A DNA stretch of 64,000 bases from an uncultured delta proteobacterium (GTDB lineage: Bacteria; Myxococcota_A; Polyangia; Polyangiales; Houyiibacteriaceae), in contig CAVPIE010000008.1 in NCBI GenBank assembly GCA_963704865.1, positions 29,357-93,356 of the forward strand. Direction: 5' to 3'. The translations under genes were made by a program, and so were the position numbers. Within the stretch, counting starts at the first letter, position 1. Each line of letters begins with the position of its first letter. Below are positions 8,319-17,485 of the stretch, in pieces. The notes beneath the pieces are model-generated. The model searched no databases. It was not told the DNA's origin and saw nothing but the letters and a program-made list of their open reading frames with translations.

Positions 8319-9743
8319 TTATTCCTCGCAGTCCACCGGCCGCCAGCCCTTTTCCGCAACGATCGGCATGTTCGTCGCTTTCTCGAGCCCGGCGATGGCG
8401 AGATTGTACTCGGCGGTGGCCATGAGGCGTTTCGAGCGCGCGCCGAAGTAGGCGGAGATCGCGTCTACCAAGTCTCGGGCGGAGGTCGTGCCGACCTCGT
8501 AGCCCTGGCCTGCGGAGACGTACCATTTGCGGGATTCTTTCTCCGAACGCGACCAGCTCGCGACGCGCCGCTTCGCATCTTGGAGCTGTTCGTAGAGGTC
8601 GGTCACTTCAAGTGCGATGCCGAGCTCCGCTTCTTCGGTCTTGCTCTTGAGGGATTCGATTTCCGCCTTGGCCGCTTTGACCCGCGCAAAGGTCCCGCCG
8701 AAGTCGAGCTTCCATCGGGCGACGAGGCCGGCAAAGGCACCGGCGAAGTTGCCCCGGTCGATGATGAACGGGTTGTTGACGTCGGTGATGCCGGGCGTTC
8801 TTGCAAAGGATGCACGCAGGGCGAGGATGATGTCGGGAAGGTAGCCCGCCCGCTTCACCACGAGGTTGGCATCTTTTGCAGAACGCGCCGCTTCGAGCTG
8901 ATGGACCTCTGGGCGACTCTCGATGGCTCGCTCGACCTGCTCGCTCAACTCGAGGACTTCGCTCCGCACGGTTTGGAGCGCGCACTCGGGCACGATGGCC
9001 GGTTTGATCCCCGAGAGAATCTCGAGCGCGGCACGGGCCGAGGCTTCGAGTCGAAGGGCTTCCGACTCCCGCGACTCGATTTCCGAAAGGGCCGAGACCA
9101 GGCGCCAGTAGTCATTTTGTTTCACCCGTGGGTCGTCGGCTTCGAGACGGGTGCGCAGCTTGTCGACGGCAGTCCGGAGCTTGTCTTTGCCCTCGGAGAG
9201 CATCGCCTGCAGGTCGAGCGACAGCTGGGTGCCAAAGTAGGCGCGGCGCACGTCGAACACCACGCGCGAGAGCGTTCGGTCTCGTTCGTACTCGGCTGCG
9301 GTGATACCCGCCCTCGCGGCCTTCTTCCCCGCGCGATACTTGCCGAAGGTGTAGATCGGAATGCCGCCTTCGATGCCGACCTCGCCGCCAGGACCCCAGC
9401 GGTTTGCCCAGGGGATCTGAGGGTCGGGGCTAAACGTGGGCGTGCCCCGTGCGCCGGGCGCCACGAAAAACCTGGCCTGCCCCTCGAACTGCATGAACGG
9501 GGAGAGCTTCGCCTCGCTCAATCGTGCCTGGGCGGCATCGATGTCCGACGAGGTCGCCTTCAGACCGGGGTAGCGAAGGATCGCGGACTGCGCGAACTCA
9601 TCGACGTGACGCGTACGAGGAGGCAGCGGCGGCTGGTCGACGGCAAGCGGCGCCTCTGTCGCGCGCGCCTCTTGCGCGATCCCTTGCGCCGCGACGCCAA
9701 GCATCGTCCACGCCATGACTGCGAGCGCGCAGAACCTGACCAT
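8319..9743 (-). CDS. TolC family outer-membrane efflux protein
   Basis: 474 aa with a signal peptide and two-repeat coiled-coil/beta architecture (...LSEAKLSPF..., ...YLPDIILALRASFARTPG...), typical of outer-membrane factor proteins. Confidence 0.75.
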   Translation of the reverse strand: MVRFCALAVMAWTMLGVAAQGIAQEARATEAPLAVDQPPLPPRTRHVDEFAQSAILRYPGLKATSSDIDAAQARLSEAKLSPFMQFEGQARFFVAPGARGTPTFSPDPQIPWANRWGPGGEVGIEGGIPIYTFGKYRAGKKAARAGITAAEYERDRTLSRVVFDVRRAYFGTQLSLDLQAMLSEGKDKLRTAVDKLRTRLEADDPRVKQNDYWRLVSALSEIESRESEALRLEASARAALEILSGIKPAIVPECALQTVRSEVLELSEQVERAIESRPEVHQLEAARSAKDANLVVKRAGYLPDIILALRASFARTPGITDVNNPFIIDRGNFAGAFAGLVARWKLDFGGTFARVKAAKAEIESLKSKTEEAELGIALEVTDLYEQLQDAKRRVASWSRSEKESRKWYVSAGQGYEVGTTSARDLVDAISAYFGARSKRLMATAEYNLAIAGLEKATNMPIVAEKGWRPVDCEE

Positions 9744-9788
9744 GCGCTTTTGTAGCTGGAAACGTGCGCGCGGGCCACGAATGGGCAG

Positions 9789-10352
9789 TTACTTCGGCTT
9801 CTTTGCGCCGCCGCCGCCCGATTTGGCCTGCTTGTTGTAGCGCTGAATCAAGACGTCGGTGAGATCGAGGTTCGAGGGCACCCAGACGACGCCACCTTCG
9901 TTCGCTTCGATGATCATCGTGTAGCCATCCGTCTGGCCAATGCGGCGAAGGATCGCCTGCATCTTCTCGAGGATCTTCTGCGTGAGCTCGCCCTCCTTGG
10001 TGGAGAGCTCCTGCTGGTACTGCACGTACTCGTTCTGCAGCTCCATCAGGTCGGCCTGGTACTTCTCGACTTTCTTTTTGAGCGCGTCCTGGCTCAGAAC
10101 GTCCTGCTGCCGCTCGAGGCTCTCTTTCTGCGCTTTGAGGGCTTCCTGCTTGTCGTTGAGGGATTTCTGGCGCTCGTCGAACACTTTCTTCAGCCGCCGC
10201 TTGGCCTGGCGGCCGTCTTCGGTTTCGTTGATGGCGCGTTGAAGATCGACCACGCCGATCTTGACCTGCGCATCGACGGTCGTCGCCGATCCAACGAGAA
10301 CGACGGCAACCAAAGTGAAAACAACGATTCTACAAAAGCGCATGGAGAGCAT
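9789..10352 (-). CDS. skp: OmpH/Skp family periplasmic chaperone
   Basis: Signal peptide, IGVVDLQRAINETEDGRQAKRRLKKVFDERQKSL..., a long Gln/Lys/Glu coiled coil, and a position directly downstream of bamA. Coordinates are taken from the ORF track. Confidence 0.85.
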   Translation of the reverse strand: MLSMRFCRIVVFTLVAVVLVGSATTVDAQVKIGVVDLQRAINETEDGRQAKRRLKKVFDERQKSLNDKQEALKAQKESLERQQDVLSQDALKKKVEKYQADLMELQNEYVQYQQELSTKEGELTQKILEKMQAILRRIGQTDGYTMIIEANEGGVVWVPSNLDLTDVLIQRYNKQAKSGGGGAKKPK

Positions 10353-10437
10353 CCTTTCAGGCCCGGCCTAGCTAGCCGTTTGGCGCGAGTCGGTCAAGCC
10401 GCAGGGGTTATACGCCGGCGCGGCGTGTTTCATTCGG

Positions 10438-13035
10438 TCAGAACGACTGGCCGATGGTGAACTCGAACCGAATCGGGCTGTCCTGAGGCCGCCGGCGAAT
10501 CGGAATGCCCCATTCAAACCGCAGCGGCCCGAGCGGGGAGAACCATCGGATCCCGAAGCCCACCGAGTAGCGAAGGAAACCACTGATGCCACATGGGTTT
10601 GACGAGCGGTCGGCTTCGGGCGCGACCGGCGCCTGGCAGTTGCCGAATTGGTCCTTGAAGTCGAAGAGGTTCCAGGCGTTGCCGCCGTCCGTGAAGATGA
10701 CGGCCCGGATGCCCACCGCCTCGATGAGCGGGAACTCGAACTCGATGTTGTAGAACGCCTGGAAGTCGCCGCCGATGGGGCGGCCTTCGAAGGCGATTGG
10801 CAGATTCGGATCGCCTGCCGATGCCACGCCCGCCTGCGGGCCGACCGATTGAAGCCGGTAGCCTCGAATCGTGTAGATGCCGCCGAGATAGAAGCGCTCG
10901 AACACCGGGACTTTCTTTCGGGAGGTAAGCAGCCCCATCTCTGCGTTGACCTTGAAGATCACCGGTCCGAACGCCTTCTTGTAGAAGCGCGCGAACGCGG
11001 TTTGCCGGATGAACGTATTGTCCGAGCCGAGGTATTGATCGGCAACTTGGACTGCGTAGTTCGCGAAGACACCACCGGTCGTCGAGAGCCGATTGTCGCG
11101 GCTGTCCCAGTTGAGCGTGAACCGCAGCGAGCTGGTGATGCCGTCCCGGAACGCGTCTGCGATGAAGATGTTGGAGAATGTGTTGGCAAGCTCACCGCCG
11201 ACGCCGAGCAAGCTGCCTCGTGGCTGCGAAATCTTCACGTTCTCGAACTCGTACCGGACGAAGATGCGGAAGCGCGGGTTGAACAGGGGATGGCCGGTCG
11301 TGAGGTTGGCGCCGGTCGAGTCCTGACGGAAGTCGCGGAAGTCCCTGATGCGTTTGAAGATTCCGAAGCCGAGGCTCCACTCCGAGCCGAGGAACCAGGG
11401 TTCGACGAAGTTGAGGTCGATCTGCTGTCGGATGCCGGAAACCTGCAGGTTCAAGCCGAGTGACTGACCGCGGCCAAAGAGGTTCTGTTGCTGAATCTGC
11501 GCGGTGACGATGAAACTTTCGAGCGATGAGAAGCCGGCGCCGACTTGGAACGTGCCGGTCGGTTTCTCGGCGACCTCGACGTTGATCACCATCTGGTCGC
11601 GTGCGGTTCCTTCCTCCTCGGAGACGTCGACCCGTTCAAAGTAGCCGAGCTGATTCACCAGCGCGCGGCCATCTTCGAGCTTGGTCTGGTTGTAGAGGTC
11701 GCCTTCGCTGAGCCGGAACTCGCGCCGGATGACGGCGTCGCGGGTCTTGGTATTGCCGCGGACGTGGAGGCGCTGGATGTAGACGAGCGGTCCTCGCAGG
11801 ATGTTGATTGTCACGTCGACTAGGTGATTGGCTTCGTCGAGGTCCGTGCCCGGAACCATCTCGACCAAGGCGTATCCGGAGTCGCGGTACGTTCGGCTGA
11901 TCTCTTCGATCCCCTCCGCGATCTTGCTTCGGCTGAACCAGTCGCCCGCCGTGAGCTTGACCATCGTTCGGAGCTCGGCCTTGGGGGCGATGGTCTCCAC
12001 TTCGTTGCCCGCGCCGTCGGACTCCATGACGTCGAACTCGCGAATTCGGAAGCGCGGGCCTTCCTCGACCGGAATCGTGATGTCGACGTAGGCGCGGTCT
12101 GCGGTGAGCTCGACGGTCGGGCGGCCGGGCCGCATCTGCAGGTAGCCCTTGTCGTAGTACCAAGCCTGGACGCGGGTCAGGTCTTCGTCGAAGGCCGAGC
12201 GGCTGAACTTGTTGCGGTCACTCAGGAACGAGAACATGCCGGTCTCGTTGGTCTGCATGATCTTCAGCAATTCGGCGGCCGGAAGCTCTTTGTTCCCCAC
12301 GAAGCTGATTCGCCGAACCTCGACCTCCGCGCCTTCGTCGATCTTGAAGACGACGTCGACCTGGTTGGTGTCCCCCGGAATTCGTTTGAGCTCGTAGTCG
12401 ACGTCAGCCAGAAAGAACCCCTCCTCGGAGTAGAGCTGGCGCATCGCATCGGCCTGGGACTCGACGTCGGGCACCGATAGAATCGTTCCTGGCTCGAGCG
12501 TGATGGTCTCGTCGATGTCCTCTTTGTCGAGCTCGTCGTTGCCCTTGTAGACGACTTGTCGAATGGCCGGGCGCTCGACGAGACGAATGGTGAGCTTGAT
12601 GCCGGCGCCGAGCGGGTCCGACTCGATCTGCAGATCGTCGAAATAGGCCATGTTCCAGAGGGCCTTGGCATCTCGGGTGATGGCAGGGTCGGTGCAGATG
12701 GACCCGCGGCGGAGCTTCATCGTGACTCGAACGTCATCAGGGTCGACACGACGTGCGCCAATGACGACGATGCGACGAATCTCTTTTCCATGACAACTCG
12801 TTCGCGGAACTTGGATCGCGGCGTTGGGGTCCTCGACCGGCTCGTAGTCCTCGCCCTCGGCGTCCGCGTCCGGCTCCGCCGGGACGGGCTCCGGCGGCAG
12901 CTGAGGCCGCGGGGACGTCCGCACGGGCCGGGTCGCCGGGGGCGGCGGATCCGGCATGTTCTCCTCACTCTGAGCGCCCGCGACGGAAGCGAGCCCTGCG
13001 AGCATCAGGGCTATGGCAGAGGCGGAAGTGCGCAT
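10438..13035 (-). CDS. bamA: Outer membrane protein assembly factor BamA
   Basis: 865 aa with a signal peptide, repeated POTRA-like units (e.g. I..I.F.GN), and a C-terminal Omp85 barrel ending ...FEFTIGQSF. Confidence 0.9.
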   Translation of the reverse strand: MRTSASAIALMLAGLASVAGAQSEENMPDPPPPATRPVRTSPRPQLPPEPVPAEPDADAEGEDYEPVEDPNAAIQVPRTSCHGKEIRRIVVIGARRVDPDDVRVTMKLRRGSICTDPAITRDAKALWNMAYFDDLQIESDPLGAGIKLTIRLVERPAIRQVVYKGNDELDKEDIDETITLEPGTILSVPDVESQADAMRQLYSEEGFFLADVDYELKRIPGDTNQVDVVFKIDEGAEVEVRRISFVGNKELPAAELLKIMQTNETGMFSFLSDRNKFSRSAFDEDLTRVQAWYYDKGYLQMRPGRPTVELTADRAYVDITIPVEEGPRFRIREFDVMESDGAGNEVETIAPKAELRTMVKLTAGDWFSRSKIAEGIEEISRTYRDSGYALVEMVPGTDLDEANHLVDVTINILRGPLVYIQRLHVRGNTKTRDAVIRREFRLSEGDLYNQTKLEDGRALVNQLGYFERVDVSEEEGTARDQMVINVEVAEKPTGTFQVGAGFSSLESFIVTAQIQQQNLFGRGQSLGLNLQVSGIRQQIDLNFVEPWFLGSEWSLGFGIFKRIRDFRDFRQDSTGANLTTGHPLFNPRFRIFVRYEFENVKISQPRGSLLGVGGELANTFSNIFIADAFRDGITSSLRFTLNWDSRDNRLSTTGGVFANYAVQVADQYLGSDNTFIRQTAFARFYKKAFGPVIFKVNAEMGLLTSRKKVPVFERFYLGGIYTIRGYRLQSVGPQAGVASAGDPNLPIAFEGRPIGGDFQAFYNIEFEFPLIEAVGIRAVIFTDGGNAWNLFDFKDQFGNCQAPVAPEADRSSNPCGISGFLRYSVGFGIRWFSPLGPLRFEWGIPIRRRPQDSPIRFEFTIGQSF

Positions 13036-13083
13036 TGTAAGGTGGAGCGATCCGGGCGGCTATAGCCGTGCCCTAAGAGGGGG

Positions 13084-13800
13084 TCAAGCCGGTTTTCCTT
13101 GGTTTTCAAGGGGTTGAGTGCGGCGTTCGTCCGAATCGATGCGCCCGTCTTTCATCGAAACCCGCCGCGGCATCATGTCGGCGAAGTCGCGGCTGTGGGT
13201 CACGATGAGGAACGTAATCCCGTGGCGACGATTCAAATCAAAGAAGAGCGAATGCACTGAAGCGCTGGTTTGGCTGTCGAGATTGCCGGTCGGCTCGTCG
13301 GCGAGCACCAGCTTTGGCTCCATGAGCAGCGCCCTGGCGAGCGCCACACGCTGCTGCTCGCCACCCGAAAGCTCGCCGGGACGATGGGTGAGCCGCTCGG
13401 AGAGCCCAACCTCGTCGAGCAGCTGCTTGGCCCGTTCTTCGAAGCGCCGACGCCCTTGGATCAATCCAGGCATCATCACGTTTTCCAGGGCTGTGAACTC
13501 CGGAAGCAGATGATGAAATTGGAAAACAAAACCGATGCTTCGATTCCTAAACTCGGCCAGGTCCGAGCTTCCGAGACGGGTGACGTCCTGACCCGCATAC
13601 AGAATCCGGCCCTCGGTGGGGAGATCGAGCGTGCCGATCAAATGCAGCAGGGTGCTCTTGCCGGCGCCCGAAGGGCCGACGATCGTGACCATCTCACCGC
13701 TGCCGATGTCGAGATCGATCCCCTTGAGAACCTCGAGCGACCGGCCCTCGTGCTGGAAGGTTTTGGTCACGTTTTGTACGGAGACGAGTGGATCGGACAT
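13084..13800 (-). CDS. lolD: Lipoprotein-releasing system ATP-binding protein LolD (ABC ATPase)
   Basis: Walker [13 protein letters not shown], signature [15 protein letters not shown], Walker [13 protein letters not shown]. It lies directly downstream of a LolC/E-type permease. Confidence 0.85.
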   Translation of the reverse strand: MSDPLVSVQNVTKTFQHEGRSLEVLKGIDLDIGSGEMVTIVGPSGAGKSTLLHLIGTLDLPTEGRILYAGQDVTRLGSSDLAEFRNRSIGFVFQFHHLLPEFTALENVMMPGLIQGRRRFEERAKQLLDEVGLSERLTHRPGELSGGEQQRVALARALLMEPKLVLADEPTGNLDSQTSASVHSLFFDLNRRHGITFLIVTHSRDFADMMPRRVSMKDGRIDSDERRTQPLENQGKPA

Positions 13801-13815
13801 CGTACGCGCGCGGTT

Positions 13816-15867
13816 TCAGTCGTAACGGAGCGCGTCGACAGGCCGCACCCGACTCGCTTGATACGCGGGAAAGAGTGTTGCCGCCAGGCATACGAGCACG
13901 GTGGCGCCACCCACGACGGCAAACTCGGTCGGATCGAGGTGCACCGGGAGCTTATCGATGTAGTAGACCTCGGGATTCATACGGATTCCGAAGTGTTCCG
14001 CGGCGAATGTGAGCACGAAGCCAAGCCCGAGCCCCATCAGGCCGCCAGCGGCTCCGATCAGCAGACCCTCGATCACGAAGATCCGGATCACGCTGCGCGC
14101 CGAGGTGCCCATGGCCTTGAGGATCCCCACCTCCCGGCGTTTCTCCTGCACGAGGAGGGTGAGCGTGCCGAAGACCGAAAAGCCCGCGATGAGGACCGCG
14201 ATCCCGAGGGTGATGAACATCGCGAGCTTCTCCAGGGCCAATGCGCCGAAGAGCTGCTGGTTCATCATTTTCCAATCCCGCACACGGAGCCCGCGGAGGC
14301 CGATCGTCGAGGCGAGCTGGGCGGCAAGTGCTGGAGCGTCCTCGACTTCGTTGACCTTGACCTCCACGCCGCTGATCCGGCCCTCGGAGCGGAGGAAGCG
14401 CTGGGCCACGCGCAAGTCGATGTAGGCATGCTTCATGTCGTACTCGTACATGCCGCTGTAGAAGATCCCCGCGATGCGGAAGGGGCGGGTCCTGGGAATC
14501 GGGCCGGTGGGGCCGAGGTCACCGCGCGGGGATACGACGGTGACGCGATCGCCGACGACGAGCCGGAGCGCTCGGGCGAGCTCTTGTCCGACGATGAGGC
14601 CGGGCATGCTGTCTTCCTTCGCCTCGCCCGGGAGGCCCTTGGCGGCGGCGTGCTCGGCGTCTTGGATCATCGCGTCGAGCGCGCCGGTCTTGGTGGTGTC
14701 GATCGAAGAGTCGAGGATGCGCTCGGGGTGCTGCAGGTACTCGAGCTTGCCGTGGGTGAGGTTTTGGGCAAGGTCGGTGACCTCCGAAACGGTCTCCGGA
14801 TCGATGCCGCGAAGGATCGCCCCTGCGCGGTTTGACAGGCTCGAGACCATGACCTCGACCTGAAGGAAGGGCGTGGCGCCGATGACGCCGTCGGTTTCGC
14901 GAATCTGGGTCAACAGCGGTTCCCAGTCGTCGAGCTCTTCGTAGGCTTTGTCGATCACGATGTGCGCGTGGTTGCCGAGGATCTTCTTTTTGAGGTCTGC
15001 ACGAAAACCGCCCATCACGCTGAGGACCGAGATCAGCATGCAGGAGGAGACGGCGACCGCGAGGATCGATAGCGTGCTGCTCGCGGCGAGGAAGCCTGTT
15101 TTTTTGGCGCGAAGGTGGCGCGCCGCGACCATCGAACGGAAGCCGACCCGTTCAAACAGGGAAAGCAGGGGACCGACTAGACGCAGGGTGAGTCGGACGC
15201 CGAAGATCGTGGTGACGCTGACGCGAACGACCGCGCGCAGCAGGCTGGTTTCGTCGCCTTCGGCCGGCGAGATCGGGAACAGGGCCGAGACGAGCAGGAA
15301 TGCGACCGCGAGTCCGGCGTCAAATCCCCACCAGAATCTTTCGCGGCGCGCAGCTTCCACCAGGAACCAGCAGGACATGCTCAGGACGACGATCAGCGCC
15401 GAGCTCATGCCCTGAAGTGTGGTTGCGGTCTCATAGAGGGGAGCCAGCCAGGAGAGGTCCAGGTCGGCGTAGGCGAGGTGGGTCAGGCCGAAGAGCAGGC
15501 TTGCGACCGTGCCTCCGAGCACGTGGCCGACTGAGACGCGCGCCGCCCACAGGAGAATCCCGACCGAGGCGCTGGTGATGAGGGCATGAAGCCCTGCGGT
15601 GAGTCCCAAGGCCACGGTGCGGGCGCGGCCGGGTGTGCCGCGGGGCAATCGGGCTGCGCGCTGAAGGACGGCCAAGCTGAGCAATGCCAAGCTCAGCTGC
15701 GCCGTCGCCCAGCCAATGGCGAGCCGCATCCAGAGGACATCGTTCCCGATCGACGCCTGAAACCATGAAGTGCTCGTTGCGCTGAACACCCAAACGGCCG
15801 TGACGTGCAGGAACCCAAAGCCGCAAAGGACGGCCGTCCAGAAGCCGAGCGACCGCGGTCGGCTCAC
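13816..15867 (-). CDS. LolC/LolE-family (FtsX-like) ABC permease with a 245-aa polytopic N-terminal extension
   Basis: The canonical LolC/E part starts at MVAARHLRAKKTGFLAASSTLSILAV (Met246, ATG at 15132). It has a periplasmic domain and the C-terminal FtsX TM bundle ...TLFPAYQASRVRPVDALRYD. Residues 1-245 are in frame, hydrophobic, and have GC3-rich codons. The GTG start overlaps the lysS stop (GTGA). Confidence 0.75.
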   Translation of the reverse strand: MSRPRSLGFWTAVLCGFGFLHVTAVWVFSATSTSWFQASIGNDVLWMRLAIGWATAQLSLALLSLAVLQRAARLPRGTPGRARTVALGLTAGLHALITSASVGILLWAARVSVGHVLGGTVASLLFGLTHLAYADLDLSWLAPLYETATTLQGMSSALIVVLSMSCWFLVEAARRERFWWGFDAGLAVAFLLVSALFPISPAEGDETSLLRAVVRVSVTTIFGVRLTLRLVGPLLSLFERVGFRSMVAARHLRAKKTGFLAASSTLSILAVAVSSCMLISVLSVMGGFRADLKKKILGNHAHIVIDKAYEELDDWEPLLTQIRETDGVIGATPFLQVEVMVSSLSNRAGAILRGIDPETVSEVTDLAQNLTHGKLEYLQHPERILDSSIDTTKTGALDAMIQDAEHAAAKGLPGEAKEDSMPGLIVGQELARALRLVVGDRVTVVSPRGDLGPTGPIPRTRPFRIAGIFYSGMYEYDMKHAYIDLRVAQRFLRSEGRISGVEVKVNEVEDAPALAAQLASTIGLRGLRVRDWKMMNQQLFGALALEKLAMFITLGIAVLIAGFSVFGTLTLLVQEKRREVGILKAMGTSARSVIRIFVIEGLLIGAAGGLMGLGLGFVLTFAAEHFGIRMNPEVYYIDKLPVHLDPTEFAVVGGATVLVCLAATLFPAYQASRVRPVDALRYD

Positions 15868-17471
15868 TCCGCCTCCGGGCGGAGCAACGGAAATAGCAGG
15901 ACGTCGCGAATCGACGGCTGGTTGCAGAGGAGCATCACGAGCCGGTCCACGCCGAGGCCGAAACCGGCGGCAGGTGGCATGCCGTGAGACAGGGCCCGGA
16001 TGTAGTCTGCGTCGAAGTCCATCGCCTCGTCGTCGCCGCGCTCCCGGTTGCGGAGCTGCGACTCGAAGCGCTCGGCCTGGTCATCGGGGTCGTTGAGCTC
16101 GCTGAACGCGTTGCTCAGCTCGCGGCCCTCGATGAAAAGCTCGAAGCGGTCGACGTATGCGGGGTCGTCGTCGTTGCGTCGCGCGAGCGGCGATACTTCC
16201 CAGGGGAACTCGGTGATGAAGACCGGAACCGATCGGGCGCCGTCCGCCGTTCGGTACATCGCGGCGAGGTCGGGCTCCACGAGAAGCTCGAAGACCGCGA
16301 ACACGCGCTCGCCGTGGGTGTCGCAGCCCTGGAGCTGTTTCTTCGCAGCCGGGTCGAGCTTGGGGAGCATCGCCTGGCAAGCCGTCTCGAAGGCTTCTTC
16401 GTCCTCGATCGCTTTCCCGGAGAGCGCGTCGGCCCAGGGGGTGTGGGGGACTTCGCCATGGCCGGCGCGTTCGAGGCGGTCTGCGATCGCTTCCCGCATC
16501 CGCACGCGCTTCCAGTCGGCTTGAAGGTCGAAGGTTCGCTCCCCGACCAGGCCTGGGAATTTCTCGCGCAGATCGGCGTCGACGGCACGAAGCATGTCGA
16601 CCACGAGGTCCATCAGGTCCTCGAACGTGGCGTAGGCCATGTAGAATTCGAGGATCGTGAATTCGGGATTGTGCTTGGTGCTGATGCCCTCGTTGCGAAA
16701 GGTGCGGCCGATCTCGTAGACACGGTCGAAGCCGCCGACGAGCAGCCGTTTGAGATAGAGCTCGGGCGCGATGCGGAGGATCAGCGCGAGGTCGAGTGCA
16801 TTGTGATGCGTGTCGAAGGGCTTGGCGGTGGCGCCGCCGCGAATCGCATGGAGCATCGGCGTTTCGACCTCGAGGAAGCCCAGGTCGTCGAGGAACCGCC
16901 GAAGGGACTGCACGATGCTGCTGCGCGCGCGGAATACCTCGGCAACGGCAGGGTTTGCGAACAGATCGACATAGCGCTCCCGGTAGCGCTTCTCGACGTC
17001 CTTCAGGCCGTGCCATTTTGCGGGCGGCGGCAGGAGCGCTTTGCCCAGATGCTCGTAGCGGCGTGCGCTGACCGCCAGTGCGCCGGTTTTGGTGCGGATG
17101 GCAGGCCCTTCGACCAGGACGTGGTCGGCGAGGTCGAGAAGCTTGAGCATGGCTGCGTCGCGGTCATCGAGGCTGTCGGGACGTACCAGCGCCTGGGCGT
17201 CGCCGTGGGGGGTGCGGATGACCAGGAACGGGCCGCGCTTCGCGATCACGCGGCCGAAGAGCGGGACGTGGGGCGCGTCGTCCCCGAGCTCGTCTTCGAG
17301 AGGGAGCTGGGCGCAGGCCGCTTCGTCGGCGGCGAGCTGAACCAGGCGACGTCGCTCGTCTTCGACCGAGGGATTGCTTCGCCAGGTGTTCGGGTAGGGC
17401 AGGACGCCGAGCTCACGCAGGCGCTCGGCTTTGCTCAACCGTGTGTGTCGGAGCTCGTCTTCGGTGGCCAC
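15864..17471 (-). CDS. lysS: Lysine--tRNA ligase (class II)
   Basis: Class II motifs FRNEGISTKHNPEFTILEFY and GMPPAAGFGLGVDRLVMLL. Conserved prfB-lysS gene order. Confidence 0.92.
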   Translation of the reverse strand: MATEDELRHTRLSKAERLRELGVLPYPNTWRSNPSVEDERRRLVQLAADEAACAQLPLEDELGDDAPHVPLFGRVIAKRGPFLVIRTPHGDAQALVRPDSLDDRDAAMLKLLDLADHVLVEGPAIRTKTGALAVSARRYEHLGKALLPPPAKWHGLKDVEKRYRERYVDLFANPAVAEVFRARSSIVQSLRRFLDDLGFLEVETPMLHAIRGGATAKPFDTHHNALDLALILRIAPELYLKRLLVGGFDRVYEIGRTFRNEGISTKHNPEFTILEFYMAYATFEDLMDLVVDMLRAVDADLREKFPGLVGERTFDLQADWKRVRMREAIADRLERAGHGEVPHTPWADALSGKAIEDEEAFETACQAMLPKLDPAAKKQLQGCDTHGERVFAVFELLVEPDLAAMYRTADGARSVPVFITEFPWEVSPLARRNDDDPAYVDRFELFIEGRELSNAFSELNDPDDQAERFESQLRNRERGDDEAMDFDADYIRALSHGMPPAAGFGLGVDRLVMLLCNQPSIRDVLLFPLLRPEAE

Positions 17472-17485
17472 TTCCTAGTCCTCTG

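Noticed and set aside
10317-10325. Apparent extra A in the homopolymer at the 5' end of skp during my manual reading. If real, it would imply a frameshift between MLSMRFCRIVV and FTLVAV.
   Set aside because: The supplied ORF track translates an uninterrupted 187-aa ORF with coordinates consistent with the stop codon. The most likely cause is my miscount of an A-run, so I deferred to the track and make no frameshift claim.
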